A DNA stretch of 64,000 nucleotides from Marsupella aquatica. Its lineage: Eukaryota; Plantae; Marchantiophyta. Each line of letters opens with the position of its first letter. The first letter of the stretch is position 1. Below are positions 11,164-24,954 of this stretch, piece by piece. The stretch covers positions 18,423,880 through 18,487,879 of the forward strand of contig OZ316895.1 of NCBI GenBank assembly GCA_973895155.1. The letters are read 5' to 3'. Position numbers and translations under genes: made by a program. The notes below the pieces were generated by a model, which saw only the letters and a program-made list of their open reading frames with translations, was not told where the DNA came from and made no database searches.

Positions 11164-13209
11164 TGTGGTGCGTCCCATGGCTCTCTAAACCCAAGAACCC
11201 TCCCTGAACAAGCCTATTCCCACCGGTTTTGCTCTTGCCAAGGCCGGTTCCACCATTTATCGGCATGGGACGTTGCTAACTCTACTCTACTAACTTTTTA
11301 ACCACATATATTGGACAGATCCTTCATTGGGTCATGAGATATGCACCCGGCCTACTCTAGGCCTCTCCTTACTCTCTTCTATCGGTCTCCCTTTGGGTAT
11401 GTTTGGATTTTTCCCCCGGAATGATGCACAATTGGCTTGGGTAGCCGATATGATCCCTCTCAGCTCAACACATCCAACTCTCCTGGCTTCTAAACTTCCT
11501 TTCCCTCCTGTAGTTGATGTGGGCAATCTTCACACAAGTTGATGCAACACACAATTAGAAAGATGACTCCTACTGACTAAGGTATGCCATGCCATTGCCA
11601 TACAAGGAGTATTTCTGATACACAAGGTCTGCAAACTAAGCCGGAAGGCCAACTCTATTCAGCTCTTAGGCATGAGGAAACATGAACATACACAAATGTC
11701 AGTGCATAACTAACCGAGAGTTTCTCTTTACTAATTGATCCCAGCCTTGCTGATGCACTAAAAACTTGCTTAAGAAGAATGCCCTTGGGTCCCCGTTGCC
11801 CAGGTATTTATCCCGGCAACGTACCTACCTATTTCCTTGCTCCGTAAGCCAAATCTACCTCTAAGTGGAATTTACCTATGTATAGCGGGGCAAGAGCACA
11901 AGTGTTGCTCTTATCAATGGATCCGCAATCCCCACTAATCTAAGTGTCAGGGCCGCTTCTTGGTCCTGATCCTAATCCTAAATCTGGAGGTCCGCGCTCG
12001 CTCTGCCCACTCACGCCTCCTTCCTCCACGTCCGCCCTCCCTAAAGGGGACGGTGCTCTTCCACCGTCAGGATGCTGGTGGTTGGCCCTTAATGGACGCC
12101 TCCAATCCTTCCTCAGCAGCCAATGTAGGCGTCCCATCCTCTGACAGGTTACCTGCTCCTGATTGAGTCAAACCCATTCTCGGCGTGACCGGGCCCCACC
12201 CTTACTTTGGCCTCTACTCCTCCGGCTTCTGCTTCCCTGGCTTTTGCCTCCCCAACTTTGGCCAGTGGGAGGTCCACCCCTGCGGCTTCTGCACTGTCCC
12301 TCTCAGCATTGGCTATCTTGTTGAGCATGGACAACAATCACAATGGCAAGCCCATGAACTATCCAACGTACAAGAGTCAACACAGAGAGATACGTGGTTC
12401 ACCTCCACATGAGGCTACATCCACGGGAATACACAAGAGCTTTACTGCACTCTAGGCTGACCGGCCATACCAAGCATCCACAACGCAAGCTCTCCCTATT
12501 TCTCAATTGGCTCCGTAACAATGAGCCTAAGTTCCTCCAAGGGCTGGCACCAGCCCTGGCAATATGTGACAACACTACTACTAACATTAGCTAAATCCTA
12601 ACCCAAGTTAGCCTAACTATGGTTAGCTCATGAGTCACAAGACTAAGAGCAATACCTAACATATCTTACCATAGTGGTCCTCCTCATAGGCTTGTTCTAT
12701 GAGTCGGGTTGTCTCATCCTCCCAAGGTTGCGGTTGATGCCGATCAATGGTTGGCAACTTTGAGTCAGTGCCTGTCATGGCCTCCCCCAATCGGTCTTCT
12801 TGGCCTACCTCCAGGACTGCCTTTTTGACAGCCACTACCTCGCATAAGGTCAGTGCCATGCTCTCCACCTCAGCCATGGTGGCCTGACAAACGGTGTGGC
12901 TCCTAGTGGTGGACCTTGCCACTTAGCGTCCTCACCAATCCCAACACTCATGCCTAAGTGCCCTTGGTGCCCGAACGCCTCCACGGAATACCTCAAGCAA
13001 GCACCCTAGTGCCCCTTGCACCGCTAGCAACCCCTCCCATACGAAGCCACACTTGCTCTCTAACACGACCACTACTCAACAGTCCTCACTGTCTGCACAA
13101 GCAACCAAGCACCTTGGTAAGTAACCCTTCAAGATCTAGAACCCACCAAGTCTAGCATCCTAATTCAAGCTCAACAGACGTTGGTAAATAGGTCAGCGAT
13201 AGGTCCTCC
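11164..13209 (-). mobile_element. Old, diverged family-A LTR (copy E); probably continues at 44923 to about 45480
   Basis: Begins TGTGGTGCGTCCCATGGCTC like the other four family-A LTRs and aligns to them for about 1.1 kb. Hosts the 343-bp solo LTR and solo LTR D. Its other end was not found in the window. Confidence 0.75.
12319..12661. mobile_element. 343-bp solo LTR of an unrelated (probably Ty1/copia) element
   Basis: TGTTGAG...CCTAACA termini with perfect 5-bp TSD TATCT (12314-12318, 12662-12666). The copia assignment rests on size and the internal CGTGGTTC..CTACATCCACGGG motif and is weak. Confidence 0.8.
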
Positions 13210-13978
13210 TGTGGCGCGTCCCATGGCTCCCTAAACCCAAGAAACCCCCTTGCACAAGCCGATTCCCGTAGGTTTTGCCCTTGGCCAGGCCGGTTTTGTG
13301 GCTTAGCGGCATGGGACGCTGCTAACCTCCTTCTACTAACATTTTACACATATATACTGGACAGATCCTTCATCGGGTCATGAGATACATAGCCGACCTC
13401 TTCTATGTCTTCCCTTGGTCTCCTCTCTTGGTCTTCCTTTAGGTATGTTTGGATTCCGCCGCCGAAATGATCCCCAACTGGCTTGGGTAAGTCGCTAAGA
13501 CCTCTCTCAGCTCGACACATCCAACTCTTACTACCTTGCTTACTCCCTTCTCTTGGTTGATGTGGGCAATCTTCAAACAAGTTAATGCGACACACAAATA
13601 GCAAAATGACTCCTTCTGACTGAGTTATACCATGCACTTGCCATACAAACAATATTTCTCATACACAAGATCTGCAAACTAAGCCGTGAGGCCAACTCTA
13701 TTCATCTCTTAGGCATGAGGAAACGTGAATATACACAAGGGTCACAGTATAACTAACCGAGAGCTTCTTTTACTACCTGATCCCAGCCTTGTTGGTGCAC
13801 TAAAAACTTGCTAAAGAAGAAGGCCCTGAACTCCCCGCAGCCCAGGTACTTATCCTGGCAGTGGATCCGCCTAATTCTTTGCAGCGTAAGCCTAATCTAC
13901 CTAACTGTAAACTACCTTCGTACAGCGAGGCAGGAGCACAAGTGTTGCTCTTACCAGTGGATCCACAATCCCACTAAT

Positions 13979-16900
13979 CTAAGTGTCAGGACCGCCTCCT
14001 GGTCCTGATCCTAATTCTAAACTTGGAGATCTGAGCCCACCCTGCCCACTCACGCCTCCTCCCTCCACGTCCACCCTCCTTAAAAGGAGCGGCCCTCCAC
14101 CACCGTCATGGTAGCAGTGGCTGAACCTCAATGGACACCCCAACGCTTCTTCCACAGCCACTGCCGTAGGTCCGTCCTCTGACAGATTACCTGCCCCGGA
14201 CCGAGTCAACTCTCCATCGGCCTGACTGGGTCCACCCTCGGCTTCGGTCTCAGCATCGGCCACGGCCTCTAATACGGCTACGGCCTCCCCGACATGCTCT
14301 AGTGGAGGATCCGATACCCCATCTTCATCACTGATTGTTCCGGCCTCGGCCTTACCATCCCCGCCTTCTAGGGGTGGATATACCGTGATCCTGCCTGAGG
14401 TTGGCGCCGGTTGTACCTCCTCTATCACGACGGCTTGAGAAGCCGCATTACTCCCTGACCCAGAAGGTTTCTGCTTCTTCTTCTTCCCTGTTTTGGCAGC
14501 TGGTCCCTTCCCCTTGCCACTTATCTCCGGCAAGTGTCGCGGCTTGTCCTTCGGCCAGTACTACTCCTGGCAACTTGGTTGCCCCAATTGGACTTGATGA
14601 AGCCAAGCACTTAAATACTGCGACTTGTTTCTTTAGCCACTCCGTTTGGTTGTCGGCTCGCCGCTGTAAGTTCTCCATCTTTCTCGTGCTTTCCTCCAAC
14701 TCCTCCTGCACTTTGTCTAGGTCCTTGCGCGCCTCCTCCAGCTCCTTTTGGGCTTCCTCCAATTCCTTTTTTAAGGTAGCCCTCTCCTCCTGGGTTGCTC
14801 TTAGCTCCTTGTCGAGCTCCGCTATGACCTCAGACTCCATTTTATTCATCTTGGCATAAGATCAAGCTGGTCGTCTTTCTCACGCAGGTCGGCCTTGAAG
14901 CTGGCCGTCAGGGATGCAAGCTCCTGCTACAGCACAATAATCCCTTGATAGGATTTCCCTAACTCGGCCTCCTTCAGCTCAAGGGCTCAGCGGATATCCT
15001 CGAGTTCTCCCTTCAATGCCCTTTCCCTTCTTTGAGTCTCCGCCATGGCCCGATTGTTGGCTACTATGTGGGCCTCCTCTGCGTCCCTCAGCTCCCGCTT
15101 CCACTTCTCCCTTTCCTTGACCGCAATGGCCAACTCCCCCTGGGTCCTAGTCAGTTTATCCTTGATAATCTGATTATCAGACTGAACGGTATCCAATTGC
15201 CCCTGCATGATGTTTGGCTCATGCCGCTTAATCTGCAGCTCATCTTGGGCTTTCTTGGCCGCCTTCAGGTCTTCCACCTCGGCTTCCCTTGCCCTAAGTC
15301 GACGGATGACCTCGTCTTTCTTTCTTCTCTCCAAAGCCATCGCTTCTTCTAATCGGCGTTTTTCCAACATCTCCCTCTGGAAAAAAGGTCCCTGCTCCAA
15401 CTCCTCCCCAAAGATGATGAGCGCAAGTTCCCCACACATCTCCCCGTACTCCATGGCTCTGTCTTTAGCATAGGTGGAGTGAGTAGAAGTCATCGACATC
15501 AACCACCGTGGCCTTTGTTCCCAAGCCGCCTTGCAGATTTCTTCTATCGTGGCTAGAGGGCTGCTTTGTTTTTCTGCAAGCCGCCTGATGTCCTCTGGCC
15601 ATTCTCCCCTTGGTAAATCTTTCTCCCTAGCTAGGGCTGCCCTCTCTTCCTCCCTGAGTCGCTCCTGAAACTCTTGTGCCGTCTGTTTTATGCCGTCAAA
15701 GCTCGGGGGAGCGACATTTGGCAGGGGGACTCGGGGCTGTTCTACTGGGTGGGGTCCCCTTGAACTACTCTTGGAAGCGTGGGGATGAAATGGCCACAGG
15801 TCCTTATTCCTGGGACATGATGGTCCAACCCGTAGCCGGAGTCATCATTGCCGTAGTCCTCTACTGCCTCCTCCACTGCTTGGACTACCGGTTCCCCCGT
15901 TGCTTCCCTGGTCTTGCCGTGAACACGGCCTCCTGCGGATGATAGCTACCAGGTCCTAGTTCCTCCTCTGGCTTCCAAGCTGTCCTCTCCCTCTGTTTCC
16001 CCTGAACAGGAGCCTTAGGCTGCCTTCCCTCGGCTATAGGACTCGAGGCTCCTACATATATACAAACCCCCGGCTCGTGTTCCAGCCTCCTTCTTTCCTT
16101 GGCTCCGGTAAAGGCATTTTCCTTCATGAGTCGGCTTAGGCCGACCTCTGAAGGAGTGTCTTGTACCTGTGCCATTGCCGTTGCCATTCTCTTTTCCTTC
16201 TCCAGCAATTTCAGCAGATTCTGCATGATTGGTTGCTGCATCGGCAAGTCCTTCGTCCTTGGCCTAAACACCTGCTCCATTGTAGGACTGCCGGGCTAGT
16301 TTGGTTTCTCTGTTGTCGGCCTTTGTTTCGGAACCTCCTCTGGTGCCCTTGCTTGCAGTGGAAGTACCGGGGCAAAGATCTGACTTCGGGCATATCGGCA
16401 TAACAGCGGCATGTGATAGCTAAGCCAGGACACGCTTCCCATGCCGATTGCCTGCTGTTCCTCCTTCAAGATCTTCTTCAGTTGGGTGAGGAGGTACCCG
16501 TTGTAGTCCCAGCTTGGGTCTGGCCATTCCGCTAGGTAGACCTGTGCCTTGCCAATCTCTGGCCTCGGCAAGTTGCAGTGCATGGTTACCCACAAGAAAT
16601 CGATGATCTCTCCTATGTGCGGGTTGGTGCAGGTGTTCCGAAAGAAGCCATTCTTCGTTGATGGCCCTGGGAACAATTGGAACTCTTTGTTTGGCAAGGT
16701 CTTCCGGGTATCTACTTTGGTCTTATTGCCCATAGGCAAGCCAAACACTTCGGCAATCACACGGGGAGTGAGATAGAAATCCTTCCCATACACCCTTGTG
16801 GAATTGGTCTCAGGTTCCCATGATCCCACAAATTCTAATAAGTCTGAATCCGGCACCTCTGGCTTCATCCATGATCATTTCACGAAAGCTTCCAAGCCGG

Positions 16901-17570
16901 ATCCGGCCATGAAGCCCTAGTACTTCCGAGTCTGCATAGCCGTAAAGCATGCATCCTCTTCACGTGCAAAGTGTAATTGCACTTCCTCGGGGAGGGTCGC
17001 CGCCCAGCCTTTCCAGGTGTCATCTCTTGTCGGAACGACATTGATGGGGTCGACCTCCTCTTCTTCAGCTTTGTCCTGCCTCCTGCTCCCTTGCTCGGAT
17101 GGCTTCCTTGGTGCCGCCGACCTCATTCTCTTTGCAAGGGTGGTCACTTTGTTGGCGTTCCCTTTCCTCTTCATAGCTGCTGCCGTGGATATTTCTCCTA
17201 GCATAGTTGCCTTCGTCCACCCCTCCGTGCTACCCTTCAACTCCCAGTGTATGTCGTTGTAGCGGTTGATGGCTTCTCGGATGCCAACTATTCTGTTCTC
17301 ACAAAATAGAAGATCGTCAAGTTCGTCGCCAGTAGGTGTCCATAGGAATTCAGCCGTGATGAGTTCTCCTCCTAAGAAGGCAGACTTCTGCAGCTCCCAC
17401 AGTCGAGCGAGCTCCTGCCATTCTCGAGCGGCTCTCTCCGATTCCTTGTCCTCGTAGGTCCCAATGTACTTAGTTGCCCGTTCTAACAGGCATCCCCCAA
17501 AATGAGCAGCCTGATTGACGTTGCTCATACCCTTCCTTGAATTGATAGTCGGTATCTGCTTCCTCCCCAA
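13979..17570 (-). pseudogene. Decayed copy of the LTR-encoded ORF in solo LTR D
   Basis: Six ORF-track fragments (16917-17570, 16296-16868, 15885-16280, 14987-15502, 14448-14849, 13979-14533) are collinear with and clearly similar to the 444+651/764 aa LTR protein. Confidence 0.85.
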
Positions 17571-17699
17571 GTGCTTGCCTAAGCAGTTGGCAGTAGTTGC
17601 TTCACGTAGTCATATGCTTAGTTCGTGCTTGCAAATGAGCCACCATTTCTTGCGATCGATCCTTACCCCCCCTGCCTGGTCTTCCTTCCCGTTAGTTAC

Positions 17700-18860
17700 T
17701 GTAAACGGTAACTGAAGGGCGAACCGTCCAACTGAAGTCGGCGCGCCCCAGAAAGTAGTTAGAAACCTCAGCAAAGACGGACGCGAGGCATAGGTATTTA
17801 GAGGCTGTGGAGCGCTAGGCGCTCGGTCACTTTTTGCTAGGAGCTTGGTTGAGAGGTAGAGCCGGACTCACCTCAAGATTACCAGCGTTTTGTATTAGTG
17901 TCCCTACTCGTTTTGAGTAGTTTTTGATTATAAAGAGATGTGTATGAATGCAATAGAGTGCAGAGCAACTTTGTTACCTTGTGCTTGAGCGGTGAGTAAG
18001 AGTCCAGAGTCAACGTTGGAAGAATGTTGTGAATCAAGTCAGAAGAAGCAGTAACTTTGAAAGTCATTCGAAGAAGGAGAGGCATTCGTGATTAATACTG
18101 AGAGTCGAGGAGTGCGGTTATGGGAGTTCGCGCGAAGTACTCGTTAGGAACATGTGTTAAGTCGATTAATCGTAAATCGCTGGGATGAATGGAAATTGTC
18201 TCACTACGAGTGAGGACCTTACGGTTTAGCACGTTAAGGCAGCGATTTAACAGACAGCTCTTGGGAAGCAAGGTCTGGTTGGAGATTGTGTGTATCCAGG
18301 ACATGACCTTGGTCGTCGTACACCTTCAACATACAGGGTCAACCGTTAAACTGGGGTTCCTACTACGGATACCTCTATTTAAATTGCTTGATTTAGCCAA
18401 AGACAGATCGATTGCCAGGAAGGCCGATTGAGGGACAGCAGGACCTAACCCGGTCACTGCTACTATAACAACCATGAATGTAGACAGTAAGGCGGACAAG
18501 CCTTGCTCCTTGATTAAGTTAAGACCACTGGAATTGTGGATCTGTTCCATCGGTTCCCACCTGATTACCCGAGCGTTACGCCAGGAGAGTATTCCCATCT
18601 GTTTAATTACTTACCGCTACTGGTGTGGGTTTATCGAGATCATCTACAGGGAGGGTCTGGTGTTGACTGAAGTAGTCGTGCCCAAGAAGTGGAAGGAAGA
18701 GTTAGACATTATAGAGCACTTGGTAGGATTCACTTACGGGGACTATATAGAGGAAGAGGGGAGTACCCCGCTAGAAGGTCGGTTGATCGTTTAAGCGGGA
18801 GATACTGCAAAGAAGGCAGTTAGACGTCCAATAATCGCAAGTCAAACTGGGCGTTTAACA
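17700..18860 (+). repeat. 5' LTR of element B (1161 bp)
   Basis: TGTAAAC...GTTTAACA imperfect inverted termini, followed after 4 T by a TGG-starting PBS. Confidence 0.85.
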
Positions 18861-18864
18861 TTTT

Positions 18865-18882
18865 TGGCGACCATACTAGGGA
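18865..18882 (+). promoter_or_regulatory. Primer-binding site of element B (tRNA-Arg-like)
   Basis: TGGCGACCATACTAGGGA just after the LTR end. TGGCGAC starts are typical of tRNA-Arg PBS; exact tRNA unverified. Confidence 0.65.
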
Positions 18883-19784
18883 ACGCCTCGTTGAGGGTTC
18901 CGAGAGAGGAGCAACTGCTACGACCAGCAGTCCGAACCAGGAGAGAGAAGAGCAAATCAAGAAGGGCGAATGGGTGACATGAACTCACCGAAGGAGTTCT
19001 GGACGTTGTTCTATTTTGAGAAAGATGCCGAAGCAGCAATCATAACGACACTGAACGAGAAAGAGCACTCGATACTGGCCAATAGGAGGAGCAATGCACG
19101 AGAAGGCGATGTTATGATAATCGCTTACACCACGCCCACACACACCGAGTTGGTACTTCGAGAAGCGCATGGCGGAACCTGGAACGTGAGGAGGTGGGCG
19201 ATTCATTTGCAATCCTCTGTTTGGAGCAGTGTTTACAACAGCGACCATGCCACCAAGTGATCGGTTACCCCAAGGCTACACGCAGTACCGCCTACCCAAG
19301 AGGAAGGAGGACCTTCGAAATATCTTAGAGTGGTGTCGTTGGAATCGAAATGAGTACCCTGTTGCGATAGCATTCCAGATAGGCAGAATCGCTAGGAAAT
19401 TAAGTTCTAAACTAGAGGAAACCACAGGGGCTTGCCCAGGATGTATGATGTGGAGTCAACATGACAATTTTGAGTTTTCTATATTAAAACAGTTATTAAC
19501 AATGTGCTTTAACGAGGAACTCATGGCTCCAGAAGCCTGCACTCCTAGTTTAAGCGAATAGGAGTCATTTCGCAAAGGGCATAGCCGCAGTTAAGTAAAG
19601 GAGAGAGAGAAACTGATTAATAGAGGTCATAACATTAGTCAAGTAAAGGAGACAGTAGAAGGTCTCCATTTTTGTGAAAAGTAATGAGTAATAAGAACTT
19701 GATGCCACCTTTGTAAAGAAAAGACCTGATCATCGAGTATATTGCTTGTAGGCAGAGAGAGGGCTTTGCTACCCCAAAAGATAA

Positions 19785-22700
19785 ATGGGCAAGATGCCCG
19801 TCAATCCCAACGAAGGGGAAATGGCAGGGGAGTTCGAACCTTTCCAAGAAAGCAGACCCAGACTTGAGGCTGAAGAACAAATCGAGAATTCAAGGACTCA
19901 AGATAAGGTCGAAGAAAACCTGGAAGAAGCCATGGAATGACTTAAAATCCACCAAGGAGCTGGCAGTAGTTCAAGATCGGCTCCTACCAGAAGGGTTAAA
20001 ATACCCATGTTCAAGGGAGCACCTGATGAAGATGCCGATACCCACTTAGCACATTTCGAAGAAATGCTCAGAGCTAACCACAAACAGAACGACACGGCCC
20101 GATTAGAGCTATTTCCCAGCTCGCTGGACAAGGAGGCTATTGTATGGTACACTCAATACCCAGCTGACCATTTCAAAACTTGGCCTGATTTTTCAAAAGA
20201 ATTCTTAGATCATTACAGAAGGGCTAAGGAAGAATCCGATTTGTATAGCATTCTGCAAAACATGACTCAGAAGAAAGGAGAACCAGTACAGAACTATATT
20301 GGACGGTTAAAGGTAACAATGAGACGATTAACGAATAAACCGTCCGATGGGCAACGAATTAGCTGGATGAGGAAGGCTGTGAAGGGGAGTCTAGTTACAG
20401 TGGTGGAACAAAATCCCACTTCTAATGCTGATGAATACGAGAAAAGATTAATACGGCTAGAGGGCATTACTCAGATGCTTAACCAGGAAAAGAACGAGAG
20501 CAGTAAGAACGAAGAGAGGGTTAACCGGAAAACAGAAACTTCTAAGGTAGAAGTCAAGGAAAACCGAGAGCGAGGCGAGGTTAGTACTCATAAATTCTGT
20601 GAAATACATATGAGGCCTGGACACACTACTCAGGAATGCAACCAAAATCCTTTTAAAAAGAAACCTAGCCTAGGTGTAAATCAGGTAGGAACAAGCAAAC
20701 AAGATGGGGATAGGATGGAGAGTAGCCAGGGATATTACAATCCTGATCGTAACACAAACCGAAGGCCTTATAAGGATGGTGGAGCTAAATACCCACCAAT
20801 TTGCTATTACTGTTGACTAACCGGCCACATCAAGGGCCCCGATTGTGAATTATGGATGAAGCATATGAAAGAAAAGGAAGAAATAGCGGGGAAAGCCCCA
20901 GCACCTGTGAACACTATGCAGGTGTCGACATACGTGGTGACAAGATCTCAGGGGCAGCCAGAGGACTCAACCCCAACCAATCCCACGGAGACTGAGGGAG
21001 GATTCGATTGGAGCCAAATGGACGCAACCACACGAGAAAGAACGGATGAAATTTGCCACAAACAGCAAAACGAGACGCTGCCACGGCCTGAACGATTAAT
21101 GCGTTCAGAACCTTACGCAGAGACGGATACTGAAATTCTAGAGGAGGGAGTGACGATGGGGGGATTCGATCAAGAAACGGGACAACTCCCACGAGACGAA
21201 GAACCACCGAATAACCCTGCCGAAGCGAACCAGCGAATAGTGGATAAGCTAGTGCAACTCATCGCGAAGACCAGAGTCGACATCACTATCGAGGAACTGT
21301 TCCAGTTAGCACCACAGTGCAAGGAAGCAGTAATGAGATGGTTGGGAGGCAGAATTAGTCCTACCACACTGCCAAGGGTACCACTGTACCAAGCTGGGAA
21401 GATTCCCCTGATCGACAAAGGAGCCGTAGTACAGATCAGCGTAAGGGGCATCAAACTGAAGAACGTATTGCTGGATGGAGGGTCAGCCGTAAACCGCATG
21501 AGTGAGCAGACCTACAGACTGCTAGGCAGAGTCAAGCTCTTACCGGCCCCTTTTAATCTAGTAATGGCCGATCAAAGCAGCTGTCACCCACTGGGTTACG
21601 TGCCAGACTTACCAATGCTGATTTCAGGCATCAAGTACAATTTAGGAGTGGTAGTTTTGAGAGAAGCAGATTCTACCCGAGGACAACCCATGTTGTTAGG
21701 ACGACCTTGGCTAAGACAGGCCAAAGTAAAACAACACTGGGGGGAAGAGAAGGATTATATAAAAATAGAACACAGAGGAGAGACCTTCAAGATCAGGACC
21801 AAGGCCATCGAAGACGGTGTACCACCTATGGCCAGAGTCTGTACTTTGAACTGGGCAGAGGGGTTGAATGAGGATGAAGAAGAGACCTATTTAAAATGCC
21901 GTCCAGACTTAGTACCAATTTCAGATATGGAAATAGTCAAGCTCGACGAGATGCAAGGAATGACCAGAGAAAAGATGGATCATGATCTACGAAACGATCT
22001 ATTTAAACACATAGACCCGCAAGGCATTCAGGAGTGCTCGTTAAAGGAGGAAGAAGCACAGACCACCTTGCAGGATCTAGCAAAGAAAGTGGTGGGATGG
22101 AGTGCCACCGAGGAAGAGCACATTCAGAAGGTTGATTTGAGTGACACCGAACGACCGCGAGAAGTAAAGATAGGAAAACACCTTTCCCCCGAGCTCAAAG
22201 AGGAACTTGTTACACTACTCACCGAATTCCGAGATGTTTTTGCCTGGGATTACACGGAGTTGAAGGGAGTACCAGAGTCAATTGGCGTACATCGAATCCG
22301 ACTCGTACCAGGGTCAGTACCGGTGCAGATGCAACGATATAGGATGAACCCCAACTATGCGGAAAAGGTAAAAGAAGAAATCCAAAGGCTCCTTGATGCC
22401 AAATTCATTGAACCCGTTAAGCGTTATACGTGGCTATCTCTGATAGTCGTAGTACCTAAGAAAAATGGGAAGTTGAGAGTCTGCATTGATTTCAGAAAAT
22501 TAAACGCAGCTACCATAAAAGACCCTTTTCCAGTACCATTTCTAGAAGCAGTTCTGGATGTGGTAGCAGGAAAATCAGCTTATTCATTTCTAGATGGGTA
22601 TAGCGGGTACAGTCAGGTCCGGTTAGCAACAGAAGCGAGGGAGCTAACCACTTTCATTACGGAATGGGGCGCTTTCTAGTGTCTCGTATTACCCTTTGGA

Positions 22701-24954
22701 TTATGCAATGGGCCTAGTACATTTCAGCGATTAATGATGATGTTATTTCATGAGTATTTGAATCAGTTTATGCAAATCTTCCTGGATGACTTCACCATAT
22801 ACGGAGAGGAAGAGCAACACATAGGCCACCTCAGATTATGTCTCTTAAGATGTAGGGAAGGGGGAGTCAGCCTGAACCCTGATAAGTGCACCTTCTTTGT
22901 ACCATCGGGCAAGATATTAGGACACATAGTTTGTAAACAGGGCTTGTTAGTAGACCCAGATAAGATAAAAATCATTAAAGAGATGCCAGTCCCCAATAGT
23001 GCAACCCAAGTCAGAAGGTTCCTGGGAAGTGGAGGTTTCTATCGTCGTTACATCAAGAGTTACTCCCAAATCAGTGCCCCGTTGGCACGATTAACGGGTA
23101 ACCATCAAACGTTCACTTGGGACGACGACTGTCAGAAAGCATTTGAAGAAATCAAGGACCGGTTGTGCCATGCACCCATACTCAAGGAACCAGATTGGAA
23201 GAAGGAGTTCCATCTACATACAGATGCCTCTCTGGTGGCGATGGGAGCGGTGTTGGCACAGAAGGGAGAACAAGGTATCGATTTACCAGTATACTATGCC
23301 AGTAGACTGTTAAACGTGCATGAAAGGAATTACACTACGACCGAGAGAAAAGCGTTAGCCATGATATTTGCCGTAAAGAAATTCAGGCATTATTTACTCG
23401 GTAATCGCTTTGTGTTTTATGTAGACCACAATGCCTTAGTCAATTTGGTAAACAAACCACAATTGTGAGGCAGAATAGCAAGGTGGATTTTACTGCTATC
23501 AGAATTCGATTACACCATCATTTATAAACCAGGGAAGACCCATGTTATACCCGATTATCTTAGTAGATTAGAGTCAGGAGAGACCTGTAAGGAAGGGGAT
23601 GATCAATTGCCTGATATGGAGTTATTCCAAGGCGATCAAGAGACATACCATGTAAAACTGGTCACCTTAGATGACAAACCGGCGTTAAAAAGGTATTTAC
23701 GCACAGCAGAATACCCCGACGGGTTATCCAGTAAAGAGAGGAAAATCTATGCATACAAGGCAAGGCCCTATACTTTAATCAACCACGTGCTTTATTACAA
23801 AGGGCCGGATGATATACTACGAAGGGTCATCCCAGAAGAGGAGAAGCAGGAAGCCTTGATCGCGGCACATGAGGGGCTAGGCGGAGGACATTTTGGCACC
23901 GAAATCACCATAAGGAAGATTCTGTAGCAAGGACGCTGGTGGGCAACAATCCATAAGGACACTCGGGAGTTTGTGAAGACTTGCAATTTGCGTCAGCGAA
24001 CGGGCCCAATAAAAGAAAACATGGAATTCCGGCCCATAATAGCGTCGTACATCTTCCAGAAATGGGGATTGGACTTCATCGGGCCCATTACCCACCTTCC
24101 AGGTATAGCCAGAATCAGTATATTTTGGCAGCAACGGAGTACACGACGAAATGGGTAGAGGCAGTCGCAACTCGCGACAACATCGTGTGAGTAACGGCTA
24201 AGTTCATATATCAAAACATCATTACAAGGTACGGATTACCGGGGGAACTGGTAAGCGATTAGGGGTCGCACTTCATGAACAAGGTCATCCAGGAGCTAAC
24301 CGACAACTATCATATCAGTCACCGGTTCTCAACGCCCTACTACCCGCAGTGTAATGGACAAGCAGAATTGACGAATAAGATTCTACTCAACGTTTTACGG
24401 AAAGTGATTAACAACCAACAGAATGATTGGGACGTTCAGCTACCCGCCGCAGTATGGGCATTCCGAACGACGTATAAGGTAACCACGACCACACTCCCTT
24501 TCAGTTAATGTTTGGAGTAGAAGCTCGTATGCCAGCAGATTACGAACTTCCCAGTCTGCAAATCGCCGTCGGGTACGACATTAATCATAATCCGTCTTTA
24601 AGCAAACGATTAAGGACATTACTGGAGGTAACTGAAACCCGAAGGAAGGCTGAAGAACGATTAGAATACGTACAAGGACAACGCAAACGACGGATAGACG
24701 ATCAACGGGATGTCACCACGTTCACTGAAGGAGAATTGGTACTTTGGTGCCGGAAAAGGGCATGCATAAAAAAAGGGAAGTTAAGACTTAAGTGGGAAGG
24801 GCCTTTCACTATACTCAAGGTATGGGGGAATGGAACCTTCGAAATTGCCAGCCATGACGGCAGCGAGCAGCAGCTGGTGAACGAGAACAAAATGAAGACA
24901 TATCACGTTAGAAACGACGTGTACTTGCGGGAGGTAGAAAGCGCGGTTAACGAC
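19785..24954 (+). pseudogene. gag-pol of element B (gag, protease, RT, RNase H, integrase) with stops and frameshifts
   Basis: Gag FKGAPDEDADTHLAHFE; protease VLLDGGS; RT LRVCIDFRKLN and FLDDF; RNase H FHLHTDAS..ERNYTTTE; integrase [25 protein letters not shown]. Gag to RNase H share one frame; the order PR-RT-RH-INT indicates gypsy. Confidence 0.9.
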
